A stretch of DNA of 64,000 nt from Aulosira sp. ZfuVER01. Its GTDB lineage: Bacteria > Cyanobacteriota > Cyanobacteriia > Cyanobacteriales > Nostocaceae. Below, in pieces: positions 10,157 through 21,900 of the stretch (its first letter is position 1; every line of letters starts with the position of its first letter). Below the pieces are notes generated by a model. It saw nothing but the letters and a program-made list of their open reading frames with translations, was not told where the DNA came from and made no database searches. Made by a program: the position numbers and the translations under genes. The stretch spans positions 160,001 through 224,000 of the forward strand of contig JAVRCV020000008.1 of the NCBI GenBank assembly GCA_034530615.2. The letters are read 5' to 3'.

Positions 10157-10185
10157 GCTGTTGTACATCAAAAATGTACAACAGC
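10157..10185. terminator. Perfect 12-bp inverted repeat after hlyD (terminator-like)
   Basis: gctgttgtacat-caaaa-atgtacaacagc. Confidence 0.6.
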
Positions 10186-10243
10186 TTATTCTAAGGAAAT
10201 AAGCTATTTCTTATTTTTAAATTTTGAACTTTGAATTGTAACT

Positions 10244-10741
10244 ATGGTTTATCCCCAACGTATTGAACCATCTCCCGAACAAGAGTCAGTTTGGGATTAT
10301 CCCCGTCCTCCACGCCTTGAGGATACAAGCAAACATATTCAAATCATTTTCAACAGCATAAAGATTGTCGATACTCACTCTGCCAAACGAGTTTTAGAAA
10401 CTAGCCACCCACCTGTATACTATATCCCGCCTGCTGATATCAAAATGGAATACCTCTTCCTGACACCGCAATCTAGCTTCTGTGAATGGAAAGGACGTGC
10501 AGGTTATTACACTATTCGTGTTGGTGGCAAAGAAATCCAAAATGCTGGTTGGTTCTATCCCAATCCCACACAAGCCTTTGCATCTATCAAAGACTATGTA
10601 GCTTTTTACGCCCATGTTATGGATGCTTGCTACGTTGATGGAGAAAAGGTACAACCGCAACCAGGTAACTTTTACGGTGGCTGGATTACTAGCGATATAG
10701 TTGGGCCGTTTAAAGGTATTCCTGGTAGTTGGGGATGGTGA
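10244..10741 (+). CDS. DUF427 domain protein
   Basis: ESVWDYPRPP, LETSHPPVYYIP, SFCEWKGRA, FYGGWIT. Confidence 0.88.
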   Translation: MVYPQRIEPSPEQESVWDYPRPPRLEDTSKHIQIIFNSIKIVDTHSAKRVLETSHPPVYYIPPADIKMEYLFLTPQSSFCEWKGRAGYYTIRVGGKEIQNAGWFYPNPTQAFASIKDYVAFYAHVMDACYVDGEKVQPQPGNFYGGWITSDIVGPFKGIPGSWGW

Positions 10742-11136
10742 TTCTCAAAAATATGCAGTCATTAAAGCCACTAGCCAAGAAACTTAAAAAAGAGACCTAT
10801 GTTATCTATTTGGCTAGTAAAGATCCTAAAGTATCTTGGTATGCAAGGTTATTAATAGCAGGTGTTGTTGCCTATGCGTTCAGTCCCATCGACCTAATTC
10901 CAGATGTTATTCCCATTCTCGGCCATCTCGACGATCTCATTATTGTACCGTTGGGAATTTGGTTAGTCCTGAAGTTGATTTCTCCATCTGTTCTAGCTGA
11001 GTGTCGTACAAAGGCTGAAGCAGAACAGTTTCACAAAAAGCCTACTAATTGGCTAGCAGCGGGTGTCATTGTGATTATTTGGTTATTTTTGGGGATTTTA
11101 GCTGTGATTTGGCTGGGACATTTCTGGCAACGATAA
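10729..11136 (+). CDS. YkvA/DUF1232 family membrane protein (start uncertain)
   Basis: AYAFSPIDLIPDVIPILGHLDDL motif. Confidence 0.88.
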   Translation: MGMVILKNMQSLKPLAKKLKKETYVIYLASKDPKVSWYARLLIAGVVAYAFSPIDLIPDVIPILGHLDDLIIVPLGIWLVLKLISPSVLAECRTKAEAEQFHKKPTNWLAAGVIVIIWLFLGILAVIWLGHFWQR

Positions 11137-11160
11137 GCAGCTGATGTCGTTCGTTGCCAA

Positions 11161-11886
11161 TCATTCCTGTCTGTTGGTTTGATACGGCTTGATCAGCAGG
11201 CTAACTCCGGTTGCCCAAGCAACTGAGGCCATCCAGCCCGCTAGAATGTCGCTAGGATAGTGAACTCCTAGATATAGCCGCGTCCAGCCAATTGCCAACA
11301 CAAACAGACCTCCAGTAATCAGAACCAGCATTCCCCAGCGACTACCCCAAGTCAGAATCACTAATGCTGCTACTAAAGTCATGCTAGACATTGCATGACC
11401 GCTAGGGAATCCGTAGTCAAATTCTGGGGAGGGTGATTCCCAAAGATGAGGACGAACTCGATGCAAGAGTATCTTTGCTGTTCGGTTAATGAGGATGCTT
11501 CCTAGCAAGGTGGTGATGAAGTAAGCAAGTTCGCGCCATCTTCGTCGGATAAACAATACTAATGCGATCGCAGTCGCAACAGGAAACACACCCCAAAATA
11601 CACCAAATTTGGTTAATGTGGAAGCAAAAACATCTAGTTGCGGTTGCGCTGTTGAGTGAATTACTAACAAGATAGGTACATCCCAAGCAAAACCGCCTTC
11701 GTTCTCCCAAACCTCTTCTGCTAACTCCCCAAATACCTGTAGAGGTAAAAACACTCCTATCAACAACAACACCAAAGATGCACGACGGCGAACAATTAGA
11801 TGCTTCAAGAAGGTAAGGAAAGACTGGAAATATCTCCAAACAGCAGAGTTAAACATTTTGTTTTTTATCGCACTACAAGTCCTCAA
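11161..11886 (-). CDS. PAP2 family phosphatase (probable start ATG 11856)
   Basis: K-x6-RP, FPSGH, TRLYLGVHYPSDI catalytic motifs. Confidence 0.9.
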   Translation of the reverse strand: MRTCSAIKNKMFNSAVWRYFQSFLTFLKHLIVRRRASLVLLLIGVFLPLQVFGELAEEVWENEGGFAWDVPILLVIHSTAQPQLDVFASTLTKFGVFWGVFPVATAIALVLFIRRRWRELAYFITTLLGSILINRTAKILLHRVRPHLWESPSPEFDYGFPSGHAMSSMTLVAALVILTWGSRWGMLVLITGGLFVLAIGWTRLYLGVHYPSDILAGWMASVAWATGVSLLIKPYQTNRQE

Positions 11887-11929
11887 GGCTAAGTAGCTCT
11901 ATTCTTAATTTTAGAATTGGGAATTTCTT

Positions 11930-12472
11930 ATGAAAGTAGAAGTAGTACCTCATGATCCAACATGGCGTGTCAAATTTGAGCATGAATCCAAGCTAGTGGC
12001 GTCGGCGCTAGGAGACAATGTAATTGCTATTCATCATATTGGCAGTACCGCTATTCCTCATATCTATGCAAAGCCCATCATTGATATTTTGGTTGAGGTC
12101 AAAGATATTGCCAAGGTAGATAAGCAAAATTCTCAAATGGCAGTGTTGGGTTATAAAGCTATGGGTGAGTTTGGCTTACCAGGTCGTCGTTTCTTTCGCA
12201 AGCATGATGAAACAGGTACTAGAACGCATCACGTTCACACATTCGAGATTAACTTTTCTGGGGTACAAAGACATTTGGCGTTTCGCGATTACATGATTGC
12301 TCATCCTGAAGAAGCAAACAAATACAGTGAATTGAAACGTCAATTAGCGAAGCAGTACCCGGACGATATAAATGGATATATAGATGGGAAAGACGGATTT
12401 ATTAAGGATAGGGAAAAAAGAGCATTAGAATGGAAGCGATCGCAAAATATTAGTCTGCAACAAAATACTTAA
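11930..12472 (+). CDS. GrpB family protein
   Basis: IHHIGSTAIP, AKPIIDI, HLAFRDY, YSELKRQLA. Confidence 0.9.
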   Translation: MKVEVVPHDPTWRVKFEHESKLVASALGDNVIAIHHIGSTAIPHIYAKPIIDILVEVKDIAKVDKQNSQMAVLGYKAMGEFGLPGRRFFRKHDETGTRTHHVHTFEINFSGVQRHLAFRDYMIAHPEEANKYSELKRQLAKQYPDDINGYIDGKDGFIKDREKRALEWKRSQNISLQQNT

Positions 12473-12486
12473 TTGATATTTGAACA

Positions 12487-12523
12487 CAAAAAAACACCCC
12501 CCATTTCTGGAGGGCGTTTTTTT
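12487..12523. terminator. Bidirectional terminator between grpB-like gene and psbA
   Basis: A run - imperfect stem cacccccca/tggagggcg - T run. Confidence 0.7.
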
Positions 12524-12543
12524 ATTTAGCTAAGACTTCAGTA

Positions 12544-13626
12544 TTAGCCGTTGATTGCAGGAGCAGTTAACGCAACAGGAGCAACTTCACCAGCAGCCAA
12601 GTCTAAGGGGAAGTTGTGAGCATTACGCTCGTGCATAACTTCCATACCCAGGTTAGCGCGGTTGATTACATCTGCCCAAGTAGCGATAACGCGACCTTGA
12701 GAATCAATTACGGATTGGTTGAAGTTGAAACCGTTCAAGTTGAACGCCATTGTGCTGATACCCAGTGCGGTAAACCAGATACCGACAACGGGCCATGCAG
12801 CCAAGAAGAAGTGCAGAGAACGGCTGTTGTTGAAAGAAGCGTATTGGAAGATTAAGCGACCAAAGTAACCGTGAGCAGCGACGATGTTGTAGGTTTCTTC
12901 CTCTTGACCGAATTTGTAACCGTAGTTTTGTGATTCGTTCTCAGTTGTTTCGCGAACTAAGGAAGAAGTTACTAGTGAACCGTGCATTGCACTGAACAAA
13001 GAACCGCCGAATACACCAGCTACACCTAACATGTGGAAGGGGTGCATCAAGATGTTATGTTCTGCTTGGAACACAATCATGAAGTTGAAGGTTCCAGAAA
13101 TACCCAAGGGCATACCATCGGAGAAAGAACCTTGACCGATGGGGTAGATCAAGAATACTGCGGTAGCAGAAGCCAAAGGCGCAGAGTAAGCTACACAGAT
13201 CCAAGGACGCATACCCAAGCGGTAAGACAATTCCCACTGACGACCTAGGTAGCAAGCGCAACCGATCAAAAAGTGGAAAATCACCAACTGGTAAGGACCG
13301 CCGTTGTACAACCACTCATCTAAAGAAGCTGCTTCCCAGATTGGGTAGAAGTGCAAACCAATAGCGTTAGAAGAAGGAACAACTGCACCGGAGATGATGT
13401 TGTTTCCGTAGATCAAAGAACCTGCAACAGGTTCACGGATACCATCGATGTCCACAGGAGGAGCAGCGATGAAAGCAATTACGAAGCAAGCGGTAGCGGC
13501 TAGCAGGGTGGGGATCATTAATACACCGAACCAACCGATGTAAATCCGGTTTTCGGTGCTGGTGATCCACTCGCAAAACCGATCCCATACACTGGTGCCA
13601 GAGCGCCGTTGTAAGGTTGTTGTCAT
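12544..13626 (-). CDS. psbA: Photosystem II D1 protein, standard form with Gln130
   Basis: Full 360-aa D1 with D170, E189, H332, E333, D342, A344 ligands and GRQWE (Q130). Confidence 0.99.
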   Translation of the reverse strand: MTTTLQRRSGTSVWDRFCEWITSTENRIYIGWFGVLMIPTLLAATACFVIAFIAAPPVDIDGIREPVAGSLIYGNNIISGAVVPSSNAIGLHFYPIWEAASLDEWLYNGGPYQLVIFHFLIGCACYLGRQWELSYRLGMRPWICVAYSAPLASATAVFLIYPIGQGSFSDGMPLGISGTFNFMIVFQAEHNILMHPFHMLGVAGVFGGSLFSAMHGSLVTSSLVRETTENESQNYGYKFGQEEETYNIVAAHGYFGRLIFQYASFNNSRSLHFFLAAWPVVGIWFTALGISTMAFNLNGFNFNQSVIDSQGRVIATWADVINRANLGMEVMHERNAHNFPLDLAAGEVAPVALTAPAING

Positions 13627-13826
13627 TGTTTTATGAGTGCGATTATTCTAAAAAATTTATCAGGTGATTTAAGTTTCACCTAATACTTATTAACTCTACA
13701 TGAATTTAAGTTAAAAATGTTATTTATTTTTTTATTATATTTTGCAATACTCATTAACATTACTTATATGAATCAAACATCTGCCATAGGTATTGCCCAG
13801 CTTGCTTAGGCAGATGAAAGTTTTTA

Positions 13827-15326
13827 CTAAAAGTCGAAATATATATATGGCAAGCTGCCTTCAGGAGCTAATAACCACACAGCATAGAAACAAAGAGGTA
13901 CAAAGACAAGCTTGACAGGCCAGTTGAATTCTACCTTCAGCCGACTCTTGAAAGCATAGACAAGGCTCATGAGCATAGCCAAAAATATTAATCTCCCAGC
14001 AAGTTGCGACTGGCTAATGTTTAGGGCTTCTACATAAACCTTTTGTGCAAACTGAACATCAGATTGATAACCCCATAGGTGCCGAAATACTAAAGAAGAA
14101 TCTTGGAGGTTGGGTAGGCGAAACCAGATCCAAGAGGTGAAAACCATGATTTGTGTAAATAACCAAGCTAAAAATATACCTAGAGGCTTTTGCCAAAAAT
14201 GCTCTATATTCTCGTGGCGATCGCTAATCGCATCTGTAAGGCGGTGTACTATCAAAGCTAACCCGTGGTATGCGCCCCAGACGATAAAACCCCAGGCTGA
14301 ACCATGCCAAATACCAGCAATTAACATCACAATCATTAAATTCCAGCAAGTGCGGGTTAAACCTCTGCGCGAACCACCCAAAGGAAAGTAAATATAGTTA
14401 CGCAGCCAATCGCCCAAAGTCATGTGCCAGCGCCGCCAAAATTCTGCAATGCTGGTGCTGAAGTAAGGAAAGTCAAAATTCTCAGGTAAAACAAAGCCAA
14501 ATAACAGGGCAGTGCCACGGGCAATGTCTACATAACCATTGAAATCTAAATATAACTGTAAACCGTAGGCAAATGTAGCTAACCAGAGATCTGTACTACC
14601 TGCTCGTTGCAGATTACCAAAACATAAATCTACAAAAATTCCTAAATGGTCTGCTAATATACCTTTTTTAACTGTACCCCTAGCAATTAACCACAGCCCC
14701 TCAGTCGCTTGGTTGGGGCTAGGCAATTGTAATGTATTGATTTGAGTTGCTAGGTTGTGGTAGCGAGTGATTGGGCCGGAAATAAGTTTAGCAAAGAATA
14801 ATTTATAAGCTGCAAATTTTAAAAATTGTCTAGTAGCAGGCGCACCGCGATAGACATCAATTAAATAAGAAATACATTCAAATGTAAAAAATGAAATTCC
14901 CAAAGGTGCAATGAATTTAAAAGCTTCATCTTGTGATGTTGCTGTCACTGGAAAAACATTGTTTAACAACAAGGGTAGATATTTAAATCCTAATAATAGC
15001 AAAACATTTAAAATTATTCCTAGCCACAAAAGCTTGAGACGGCGAAGGTTCCAGTCAGCCTGGGAAAATAAAAACTCTTCGTTAGAAATTTGCCCGTCAA
15101 GAGAGTTTTTTCCAGATAAACTGTTTTTGCCTATCTCCAATCCCAAGCGAAAGTTAATAAAAGTAAGTGCTAATAATAGAGGTATGTACTGCACATTTAA
15201 AGATGCATAGAATATCAGACTGGCAATCAACAGTGTCCACAAACGTAACTTTTGTTCTGACAAAGACCAGTAAATTCCTAGCACACTCAACAAGAATAGC
15301 CCGTAGAAAATTGATATAAAGTTCAT
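13827..15326 (-). CDS. MBOAT family O-acyltransferase (AlgI/DltB-like)
   Basis: PLGISFFTF, GPITR, ENFDFPY, EFWRRWHMTLGDWLRNYIY, GIWHG; C-terminal PYIYFDF. Confidence 0.93.
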   Translation of the reverse strand: MNFISIFYGLFLLSVLGIYWSLSEQKLRLWTLLIASLIFYASLNVQYIPLLLALTFINFRLGLEIGKNSLSGKNSLDGQISNEEFLFSQADWNLRRLKLLWLGIILNVLLLLGFKYLPLLLNNVFPVTATSQDEAFKFIAPLGISFFTFECISYLIDVYRGAPATRQFLKFAAYKLFFAKLISGPITRYHNLATQINTLQLPSPNQATEGLWLIARGTVKKGILADHLGIFVDLCFGNLQRAGSTDLWLATFAYGLQLYLDFNGYVDIARGTALLFGFVLPENFDFPYFSTSIAEFWRRWHMTLGDWLRNYIYFPLGGSRRGLTRTCWNLMIVMLIAGIWHGSAWGFIVWGAYHGLALIVHRLTDAISDRHENIEHFWQKPLGIFLAWLFTQIMVFTSWIWFRLPNLQDSSLVFRHLWGYQSDVQFAQKVYVEALNISQSQLAGRLIFLAMLMSLVYAFKSRLKVEFNWPVKLVFVPLCFYAVWLLAPEGSLPYIYFDF

Positions 15327-15438
15327 TTTTTAGTCATTAGTCATTAGTCAAGGGTCAATAGGGAATAGGTGATAAATTTCTTAATGTTGAAGTTTGAAGT
15401 TTGAATTGTTTCTCTCCCTTCTCTCCTTACTCATCTCC

Positions 15439-18400
15439 CTACTTCGCAGGCCAAGGAATCATCGGATCGCGAGCTAGCTTTTTCGAGACTTCATAAGCTC
15501 CAAAGCGATTGAGGTGACTGGGGTCGGAAAAATAGTCGTTCACTTTTGTCCACAGTTTACTTATGTCTCGATAGATAAAGTTGGGATTGTTAGACATCTG
15601 TAACATATATTGTTGAAATTCTTGCTCATATTTTTGACGTACTGGGTCTAAATAATCTGCGGTTAGGGGCATATTGACAAATACTAAAGGAATTTTTTGA
15701 GTCTGAGTAAACTGGAGCAGTGCTTGAAAAGCAGTGTCTTGTTCACCTTCCACTCTAAAAGACTGATAATCGTTGTCGTAATTCCCTGTAACTTTTGGGT
15801 GTTTTTGATAGTACCTAGCAGGATGGAAGCGGATAGACAAAGGTAGGAAACCATCAAAATCAACGGACTGTTGATAAGTTTCTTCCTCCAGAGCATCGTT
15901 GCTTAATTGCGTAGAAGATGTACCTACATAATTACTCTGGCTCATCAAAGGTAAAGAGTTGAGTTGTTTTTGTAATAACTCTTTAATTTGTTCGCGGTTT
16001 GAATAGGTAGCAGAAACAGCTGCTACAGCATTGTTGAGCCACTGATTGGCAAGCTGATAGCTGCTCAGTTCTGCTTTCTGAATTTTGGTTTTTTGTTCGC
16101 CAGATGAATTCGCTGGATCTTTAAGCAATTCATCCGTAGTACCTGTGGCTATTGCTTTCTGCAACGCCTGTTTATAGCCTGCTGACGACGCGATCGCCGC
16201 AAATGTGATATCCTTGCGACCACTGTTAAAAGCACGAGAACCATCTGCCCAAAGAATCATTTTTGGCAATTCTGAAGGTTCTAATACCCGGCGAATAATA
16301 AAATCTACGACTTGGGCTGTGGCACCATTGATACCAAAGTTAAATACATCAATTTTGGGATAACCCTGAGTTGCCAAAGTTTGAGAAAGGGCGGCGGGAT
16401 CGACTCCCCTTAAAGCGCGAGAAGAGCCAATAATTAAAACATGGGGAGGAGTACCAGTTTTAGCCAAACGCTGTTTGTACAGTGCTATTTGCTCATCTAA
16501 TTGCCTAGCATTAAAACTAGGCATTTGCGATCGCGCTGCTAAGAGAATTGCAGTGGCAGTGGCTTTTTCTTTTAAAGGTGCAGCTTCCAGGCTTTCTGTC
16601 TCGGTGTCTTCATTTTGGGTAAAGCCAGAAGCATTAAATACAGAACTATTTCCCTGAATTGATTTAGTCTTATTAGTGCTAGCGAAAAATGCTGTTCTCT
16701 GGTTTTGATTTACCTTAGGCTGGGAATTTGTCTTTTGATGCGTAGATGATGGATTTACAGCACTCACAACCTGAGATGGAGGGTTTGGAGTAGTACGGCT
16801 GATAATTTGACCCAACACCCAATCAGTTTGCATTGTTAGCAATAATCCCAGAGTACCCCAGACAAGAGCAACCTTAATACCTTGCGCTTCTGGATTATAT
16901 TCTGTTGGCTGGTCAATTTCCGTAAATAGTTGCGTTTGTAGTAGCAACTTCTTCACTTTTGTAGTTGCTGTTGTAACCCAATCTCGTGCTACTTCTGTAA
17001 TAAAAGTTTGAACTTCCTCTGTAGTCACTTCCGGACGTAAGATTGGTTCATCAGTCTGGGAAGGTACTAAATCTTTAATATAGATGGCAGTGGCAGCAAA
17101 TTCGGGAGTAGCTTCTGGTACTAGACGTTGGCGACGCACAAAATCTTCACCATGATGCCAAGCAGGTTCCTTGTTACCTGCACGGCGACCATAGACACGC
17201 ACTCCTAAAACTCCGGCAATTTTTAACTGGCGGACTAACTGAACGACTTTGTTTGCCACTTTCTTTCGGGCTGGGCAAACAGGAGCATCACACATAATGT
17301 GTAATAAATCGCCTTTAAGCAGCGGTACTACACGGATACCACCTGTCTTGAGTCGCCAATCTAAATCGGGATTGAGTAAACGTTCTAGTAAGAAATGGAC
17401 AGCAGGTTCATCCCCAGCAGTTGCTAACTCTAGTGCTGTTGGTGACTGGGCTGGATTCTGAGCAGCAGGCAAAGTCAGCCAATCAATCCAAGCTGGTTGC
17501 TTTTCAGCAGTTTTTTGCCCGTATATAGTAGCGGCTTTAATACCTTGGGGAGCAATTATATCTAGTTGAGTTGCGATCGCCTGCAAGCATAAATGCTTAT
17601 CTGGTGCTGGGGCAGTTTCTAAAGGGTCAACAGATGGAGTGCAAAATATATGTATAGTTGATTCTTGCAGCGAAGCTTGTACCGCCACTTTTAAATCTGA
17701 TAACATCTCAGTTAACAGCCTGGCGATCGCTTGCACATCCCCCCAACGTGCCCATTCTTTCAGCATTACCTCTGGTGGCGTCAAATCCACTCGCAGCAGC
17801 CAATCAGGTGTAGTTTCGCCATTCACTTGCGAAACAATCACCGCATCTTGGTAGCCACTAAGCTTGAGATATCGCAACTTCTGGGCGATTGGCTCTGCCA
17901 ACAATGAAGGATCGGGACTATAACCTGACTGACAAAATATCCACAGGCGATGTTCCTCGAAAGAGCCTTGCTGTGTTGGCTGTTGTGGTTTAACTTTTAC
18001 CTGTACTGCTACACCTAACCTACTTAGGGTTTCACTAAGGTAGCGAGCAATGGCATCTGGATGTCCTTGTTTAGCCAAGCTTTCGTTAGATATAATCATC
18101 GCCCCAGCCGTTTGTTGGGATTTTCTCTTGTCTTCTAACAAAGCTTGGTTGACCTGCTCCAAATGTCTATCCAGTTGATTTAAATAAACCCGATGACACC
18201 ATTGGGGTCGCTGCTCGCCTTTTTTTCGTCCGTAGACCAATACTTGGTATATTGAGGTTTGTTCGCTGTTTGTTAGGACATCTAAGTCGGTTTGTTGGAT
18301 TGCTTGCAGCAAGTCAGACAGAGTCCGCCAACGTCGCGGGCACTCTGTCCCTTCACAAAGGATATGTAAGTCATTTCCCCGCAACCGGATTTTCACCCCG

Positions 18401-18477
18401 ACAGTGCTAATCCCAGTTGCTTGACTTACCCATTGCACTAAGGATTTTTGGCGATCTAGTTGAGATGCTGTTTTCAT
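15439..18477 (-). CDS. Large protein with four N-terminal repeats, one TM and C-terminal SGNH/DUF1574-like acyltransferase domain
   Basis: IIGSSRALRG, FNFGINGA, FSDPSHLNRFGA SGNH blocks; TM VALVWGTLGLLLTMQ. Confidence 0.8.
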   Translation of the reverse strand: MKTASQLDRQKSLVQWVSQATGISTVGVKIRLRGNDLHILCEGTECPRRWRTLSDLLQAIQQTDLDVLTNSEQTSIYQVLVYGRKKGEQRPQWCHRVYLNQLDRHLEQVNQALLEDKRKSQQTAGAMIISNESLAKQGHPDAIARYLSETLSRLGVAVQVKVKPQQPTQQGSFEEHRLWIFCQSGYSPDPSLLAEPIAQKLRYLKLSGYQDAVIVSQVNGETTPDWLLRVDLTPPEVMLKEWARWGDVQAIARLLTEMLSDLKVAVQASLQESTIHIFCTPSVDPLETAPAPDKHLCLQAIATQLDIIAPQGIKAATIYGQKTAEKQPAWIDWLTLPAAQNPAQSPTALELATAGDEPAVHFLLERLLNPDLDWRLKTGGIRVVPLLKGDLLHIMCDAPVCPARKKVANKVVQLVRQLKIAGVLGVRVYGRRAGNKEPAWHHGEDFVRRQRLVPEATPEFAATAIYIKDLVPSQTDEPILRPEVTTEEVQTFITEVARDWVTTATTKVKKLLLQTQLFTEIDQPTEYNPEAQGIKVALVWGTLGLLLTMQTDWVLGQIISRTTPNPPSQVVSAVNPSSTHQKTNSQPKVNQNQRTAFFASTNKTKSIQGNSSVFNASGFTQNEDTETESLEAAPLKEKATATAILLAARSQMPSFNARQLDEQIALYKQRLAKTGTPPHVLIIGSSRALRGVDPAALSQTLATQGYPKIDVFNFGINGATAQVVDFIIRRVLEPSELPKMILWADGSRAFNSGRKDITFAAIASSAGYKQALQKAIATGTTDELLKDPANSSGEQKTKIQKAELSSYQLANQWLNNAVAAVSATYSNREQIKELLQKQLNSLPLMSQSNYVGTSSTQLSNDALEEETYQQSVDFDGFLPLSIRFHPARYYQKHPKVTGNYDNDYQSFRVEGEQDTAFQALLQFTQTQKIPLVFVNMPLTADYLDPVRQKYEQEFQQYMLQMSNNPNFIYRDISKLWTKVNDYFSDPSHLNRFGAYEVSKKLARDPMIPWPAK

Positions 18478-18696
18478 GGGCAGTTAACTTTAGAAGAAGC
18501 GAGTATTGGGGGATAGTGCCTGCACTTGTAAACTAGAACCATAGATTTATCACACCCTGACGTTTGTTTTTAACACTTTTGTTACCTTCTTGACTTGCAA
18601 TATGGGCAAAGATAGATATTTATGTACAATTGCGAGCCATGCCAATGTTGGATTTTCTGTTTATTTTACTAATCCGCAAACAACCAAGAATTAGCT

Positions 18697-18933
18697 ATGT
18701 CTCCTGCCACAAACAAACCCTCACTCAACCCTGAATTAAATCTGTTGCTGTTTAGCATTCCCCAATCTTTGCTTTTAAATGTGGGTACAGCGTCTATATT
18801 AATGCTGTTCGCAGCCGGACAAGCTTCAACCAGGGCTTTAGAAGCTTTGGGACAAGCCAGTGAAGAATTATTTCGGGGCGATCGCCTACCCATACTCGAA
18901 TTTCCAGAAGATAACGAATTAAAGAACAGTTAA
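18697..18933 (+). CDS. Conserved cyanobacterial small protein
   Basis: C-terminal LGQASEELFRGDRLPIL motif seen in cyanobacterial hypotheticals; upstream of ppc. Confidence 0.7.
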   Translation: MSPATNKPSLNPELNLLLFSIPQSLLLNVGTASILMLFAAGQASTRALEALGQASEELFRGDRLPILEFPEDNELKNS

Positions 18934-18977
18934 AAATCTTACTCTAAGAAATCAATCACTCTGGGCAAGCTCCAGGA

Positions 18978-21900
18978 GTGTTGCTTACAGAACATAGCAT
19001 TCAAAACAATAATTGTCTTGCAAGAATAGAGAATATGAGTTCCCTTTTATACTCTTTGTCTCAGGCGGCGAACATCTACCCCGCATCGGAATTATTTTTG
19101 CGTCATCGCCTCCAAATAGTGGAGGAATTGTGGGAGTCAGTACTCCGCCAGGAATGCGGACAAAAAATGGTAGATTTGTTGGGTCAACTGCGCGATCTGT
19201 GTTCGCCAGAGGGACAAGCCACGCATGACCAAGCCTCATCGGCCGTGAAGTTGATTGAACAACTCAATATCAACGAGGCCATCCGGGCAGCTCGTGCCTT
19301 TGCTCTGTATTTTCAGTTAATCAACATCATAGAGCAGGAATACGAACAACGACAGCAATTGACTCGCTATTCTCAGGCAGAAACAGAGATAGAAGATCCA
19401 GAAATCTTACCAAATGTTAGCTATTCAACTAATCAAAGAGAAAACGATGCACCTGTGAATCGGGGAATAGGCGCAGATTTACTAGCTAAGAGTTGGCTTG
19501 CCAAAGAAAAAGACAAACAAAAAGGTACTTTTGCGGCTTTATTCCCCCATTTATTCAAACTGAATGTGCCACCGCAGCAAATTCAACGCTTAATCGCCCA
19601 ACTAGATGTACGATTAGTGTTTACCGCTCATCCTACAGAAATTGTGCGGCATACTATCCGAGATAAGCAAAGACAGGTGGTAAGCCTATTGCAACAACTG
19701 GATACGGTAGAAAATCGCTCTGGTGGGACAACTGGGGGATATCCTTGGGAAGCCGCAGAAATACAAGAAAAACTACTGGAAGAAATTCGCCTCTGGTGGC
19801 GCACTGATGAACTCCACCAGTTTAAGCCTACTGTCTTAGATGAAGTAGACTATGCCCTACACTACTTCCAAGAAGTTTTATTTGATGGTATCCCCCAACT
19901 GCATAAACGCATTAAATACGCCCTGAATAAAACCTTTCCTTGGCTGGAACCACCACAGAAAAATTTCTGCTCTTTTGGATCTTGGGTAGGTTCAGATCGA
20001 GATGGGAACCCCTCAGTGACACCAGAAATTACCTGGCAAACTGCATGTTATCAGCGAAAAATGGTGTTGGAGAGGTATATTCAGTCAGTGAAGCAGCTGA
20101 TTGAATTATTGAGCGTCTCCATGCACTGGAGTGATGTCCTCCCAGACTTGCTAGAATCTTTGGAGTTGGATCAGTCGCAGTTGAGCGAAATCTATGATGC
20201 TTTGGCGCTACGTTATCGCCAAGAACCCTATCGGCTGAAGTTGTCTTACGTCTTAAGAAGACTGGAAAATACACGCGATCGCAATCTAGCTTTGTATAAG
20301 CGAGAAACGCCAAAAAATGAAGACAAACCCATGTACCGTTCGGGGTCAGAATTTTTAGCAGAATTGCGGATGATTCAACGCAACTTGACCGAAACTGGTT
20401 TAAGTTGTCGGGAATTAGAGAATCTGATTGCTCAGGTAGAAATTTTTGGCTTTAACCTGACACAGCTAGATATTCGCCAAGAATCTTCACGTCATTCTGA
20501 TGCGCTGAATGAGATTTTGGAATATTTGCAAGTCTTGCCTCAATCTTATAATGAACTGTCAGAAGCGCAGCGAGTTGCTTGGTTAACCGGAGAATTGCAA
20601 ACCCGCAGACCATTAATTCCTTCAGAATTGCCATTTTCCGAAAAAACCAACGATGTCATTGAAACTTTCCGCATAGTGCGATCGCTACAACAAGAGTTTG
20701 GTGTCCACATCTGCCAAACTTACATTATCAGTATGTGCCGCGAAGTCAGCGATGTACTAGAAGTTTTGCTATTAGCCAAAGAAGCCAGACTATTTGACCC
20801 AGCGATCGCTGTGGGTACAATTCAGGTTGTGCCTTTATTTGAAACGGTAGAAGACTTACAACGCTCAAGAAGTGTGATGCGACAACTGTTTGAACTACCG
20901 TTATATCGCGCTTTGTTAGCAGGAGGCTATCAGCAGGTAGAGGACAAGGAAGATAAAGCTACCTCTTCTACTCACGCCACTTGTCCGCTGACCCTGAATC
21001 TACAAGAAGTGATGCTAGGGTATTCTGACAGTAACAAAGACTCTGGTTTTTTAAGTAGCAATTGGGAAATTCATAAAGCCCAAAAATCACTCCAGCACAT
21101 AGCAGAAGAATATGGTGTGAATTTGCGAATTTTTCACGGACGTGGCGGTTCTGTAGGAAGGGGTGGTGGCCCGGCTTACGAAGCGATTTTGGCTCAGCCT
21201 GGTCACAGTATTAATGGCAGAATCAAAATCACCGAACAAGGGGAAGTACTGGCTTCTAAATATTCCCTGCTGGACTTAGCTTTGTACAATTTGGAAACGA
21301 TTACCACTGCTGTAATTCAAGCCAGCCTCCTCAAGACAGGTTTCGATGATATCGAACCGTGGAACGAAATTATGGAGGAACTAGCTGCGCGATCGCGTAC
21401 TCATTATCGCGCATTGATTTATGAGCAGCCAGATTTTATTGACTTTTTCCACCAAGTCACTCCTATTGAAGAAATTAGCCAGTTGCAAATTAGCTCTCGT
21501 CCAGCACGTCGTCCTTCCGGTAAAAAGGATTTAAGCAGTCTCAGAGCTATTCCTTGGGTATTCAGTTGGACACAAACTAGGTTTTTACTACCTTCCTGGT
21601 ATGGTGTAGGTACAGCTTTGCAAGAATTTTTGCAAGCAGAACCAGAAGAACACTTAAAGCTCATGCAATACTTTTACTTGAAGTGGCCTTTCTTCAAGAT
21701 GGTGATTTCTAAAGCAGAAATGACCTTGGCAAAAGTAGATATGCAAATGGCCCAGCATTATGTGCAAGAACTGTCAAATCCCGAAGATAAACCGAGATTT
21801 GAGAAGGTTTTTGAGCAAATTGCTAGTGAATACTATCTCACCAAAGAGTTAGTGTTAAAAATTACTGGACACAATCGATTGCTAGATGGCGATCCAGTAT

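Noticed and set aside
12544..13626. Rogue or far-red D1 variant
   Set aside because: All Mn-cluster ligands and the normal C-terminal processing site are present
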